A program made the translations under genes and the position numbers. A stretch of 53,890 nucleotides of DNA, taken from positions 1 to 53,890 of the forward strand of contig JALJEE010002031.1 in the NCBI GenBank assembly GCA_023231475.1, read 5' to 3'. The notes beneath the pieces are model-generated. The model saw nothing but the letters and a program-made list of their open reading frames with translations. It was not told where the DNA came from and made no database searches. Each line of letters starts with the position of its first letter. Position 1 is the stretch's first letter. Source of the stretch: Seison nebaliae. Lineage: Eukaryota. Shown in pieces: positions 53,101-53,890 of the stretch.

Positions 53101-53457
53101 ATCGAAAGTGAAATTTTTTATATGAATCTTCTATTATATTTAATATTACTCGTTCTTTGGGAGGATATGTACAACGAACATTTCGATTGGAATAACTTTA
53201 AGAATTGTCCCAAATTTTCACTCATCATTTGGGCCTTCATATTTTTCCTTTCTGCTTTGGAAGTTCCGTTGTCCTACACCTTACAACCAGAAGAACCACC
53301 CAATATTTATTTATTTCTTCTCCTTCTCTTCTTTGCCCTATTTTATTTCATATCGTTGAAGCTCGTCAAATATTTCGAAACGAAAACTTTTAAAGATATT
53401 GAGGGAAGAGCTCGACTCGATTTCCAAACAAAATTGGGACTCAATTCACCTTTTTAA
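50180..53457 (+). CDS. TMEM94: TMEM94 (P-type-ATPase-like ER membrane protein)
   Basis: LHFEDGQW, IRFIYFSEE, LGLETGWNCHI, LPLG..MRNHI..DNVPLLVSIF, C-terminus RARLDFQTKLGLNSPF. Start uncertain: ATG 50180 via a possible 47-nt intron 50191-50237, or ATG 50302. Confidence 0.92.
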
Positions 53458-53890
53458 TTCACAAAATATCTCTCCATTTCTTAAAGAAGGTTCGTTAGAG
53501 AATTCATAATTTTTTATTCGTCAAAAGTTTATTAGCCATTTATTGTATAATTAATAGAAATTTTGTTCATTAATTTTTTTAAAAATGTTTCTAATTTGTA
53601 AATTTTCTCTGTTTACTCTATTCCTTAATAGTTTTAATCCCTCAACGTAACGTCTTTATTCATTGACGAAGTTCTGAACTGTTCCGCTTCTCCTCTTGTT
53701 CATTTGGCCCGTGTCACAATTTCTACGATATCGGTAATTCTTAACTTCGATCATGGAATCTATAACTTCTTCTCCTTTTCATTCTTCCCCAATCAGCGAT
53801 GTTTTAGGCGTCTAAATCACCTAGATTTATTCATTATTATCTTTATTCCTTTAGATGATCCGGACCATACAAGCGGGAGGAACCAGAGCC

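Noticed and set aside
53753..53890. Possible start of another + strand gene (MESITSSPFHSSPISD, GTT..TAG intron)
   Set aside because: Too little sequence before the window edge to support a call.

Overview
AT-rich, gene-dense eukaryotic DNA, most likely a compact invertebrate animal genome (inferred from ELK channel, whirlin and protein 4.1 genes). Introns are mostly 40-60 nt, so the ORF track fragments or misses many genes. The left ~6.7 kb is an accessory island between tRNA-Ile(AAT) and tRNA-Leu(TAG). It holds a small secreted-peptide gene, nested hAT-like/MITE/LINE remnants and a very divergent USP-like protease with a CaaX tail. Conserved genes follow: Pumilio, an ELK-type KCNH channel, a catalase-family gene, protein 4.1/coracle, a scramblase, NDR kinase, U1C, whirlin, PSMC6, SURF4, CRNKL1, PGAM5-like and TMEM94. 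Main observations: (1) a 4-exon SELENOW/Rdx-type selenoprotein absent from the ORF track, with in-frame UGA, a type-II SECIS and WxxU instead of CxxU; (2) about 38 of 41 reconstructed introns start GTT rather than GTRAG; (3) the catalase has active-site changes pointing away from H2O2 dismutation; (4) the USP-like protein has a putative Cys-His-Ser triad and prenylation signal. All gene models were spliced and compared by eye from remembered family motifs; no database searches were run.
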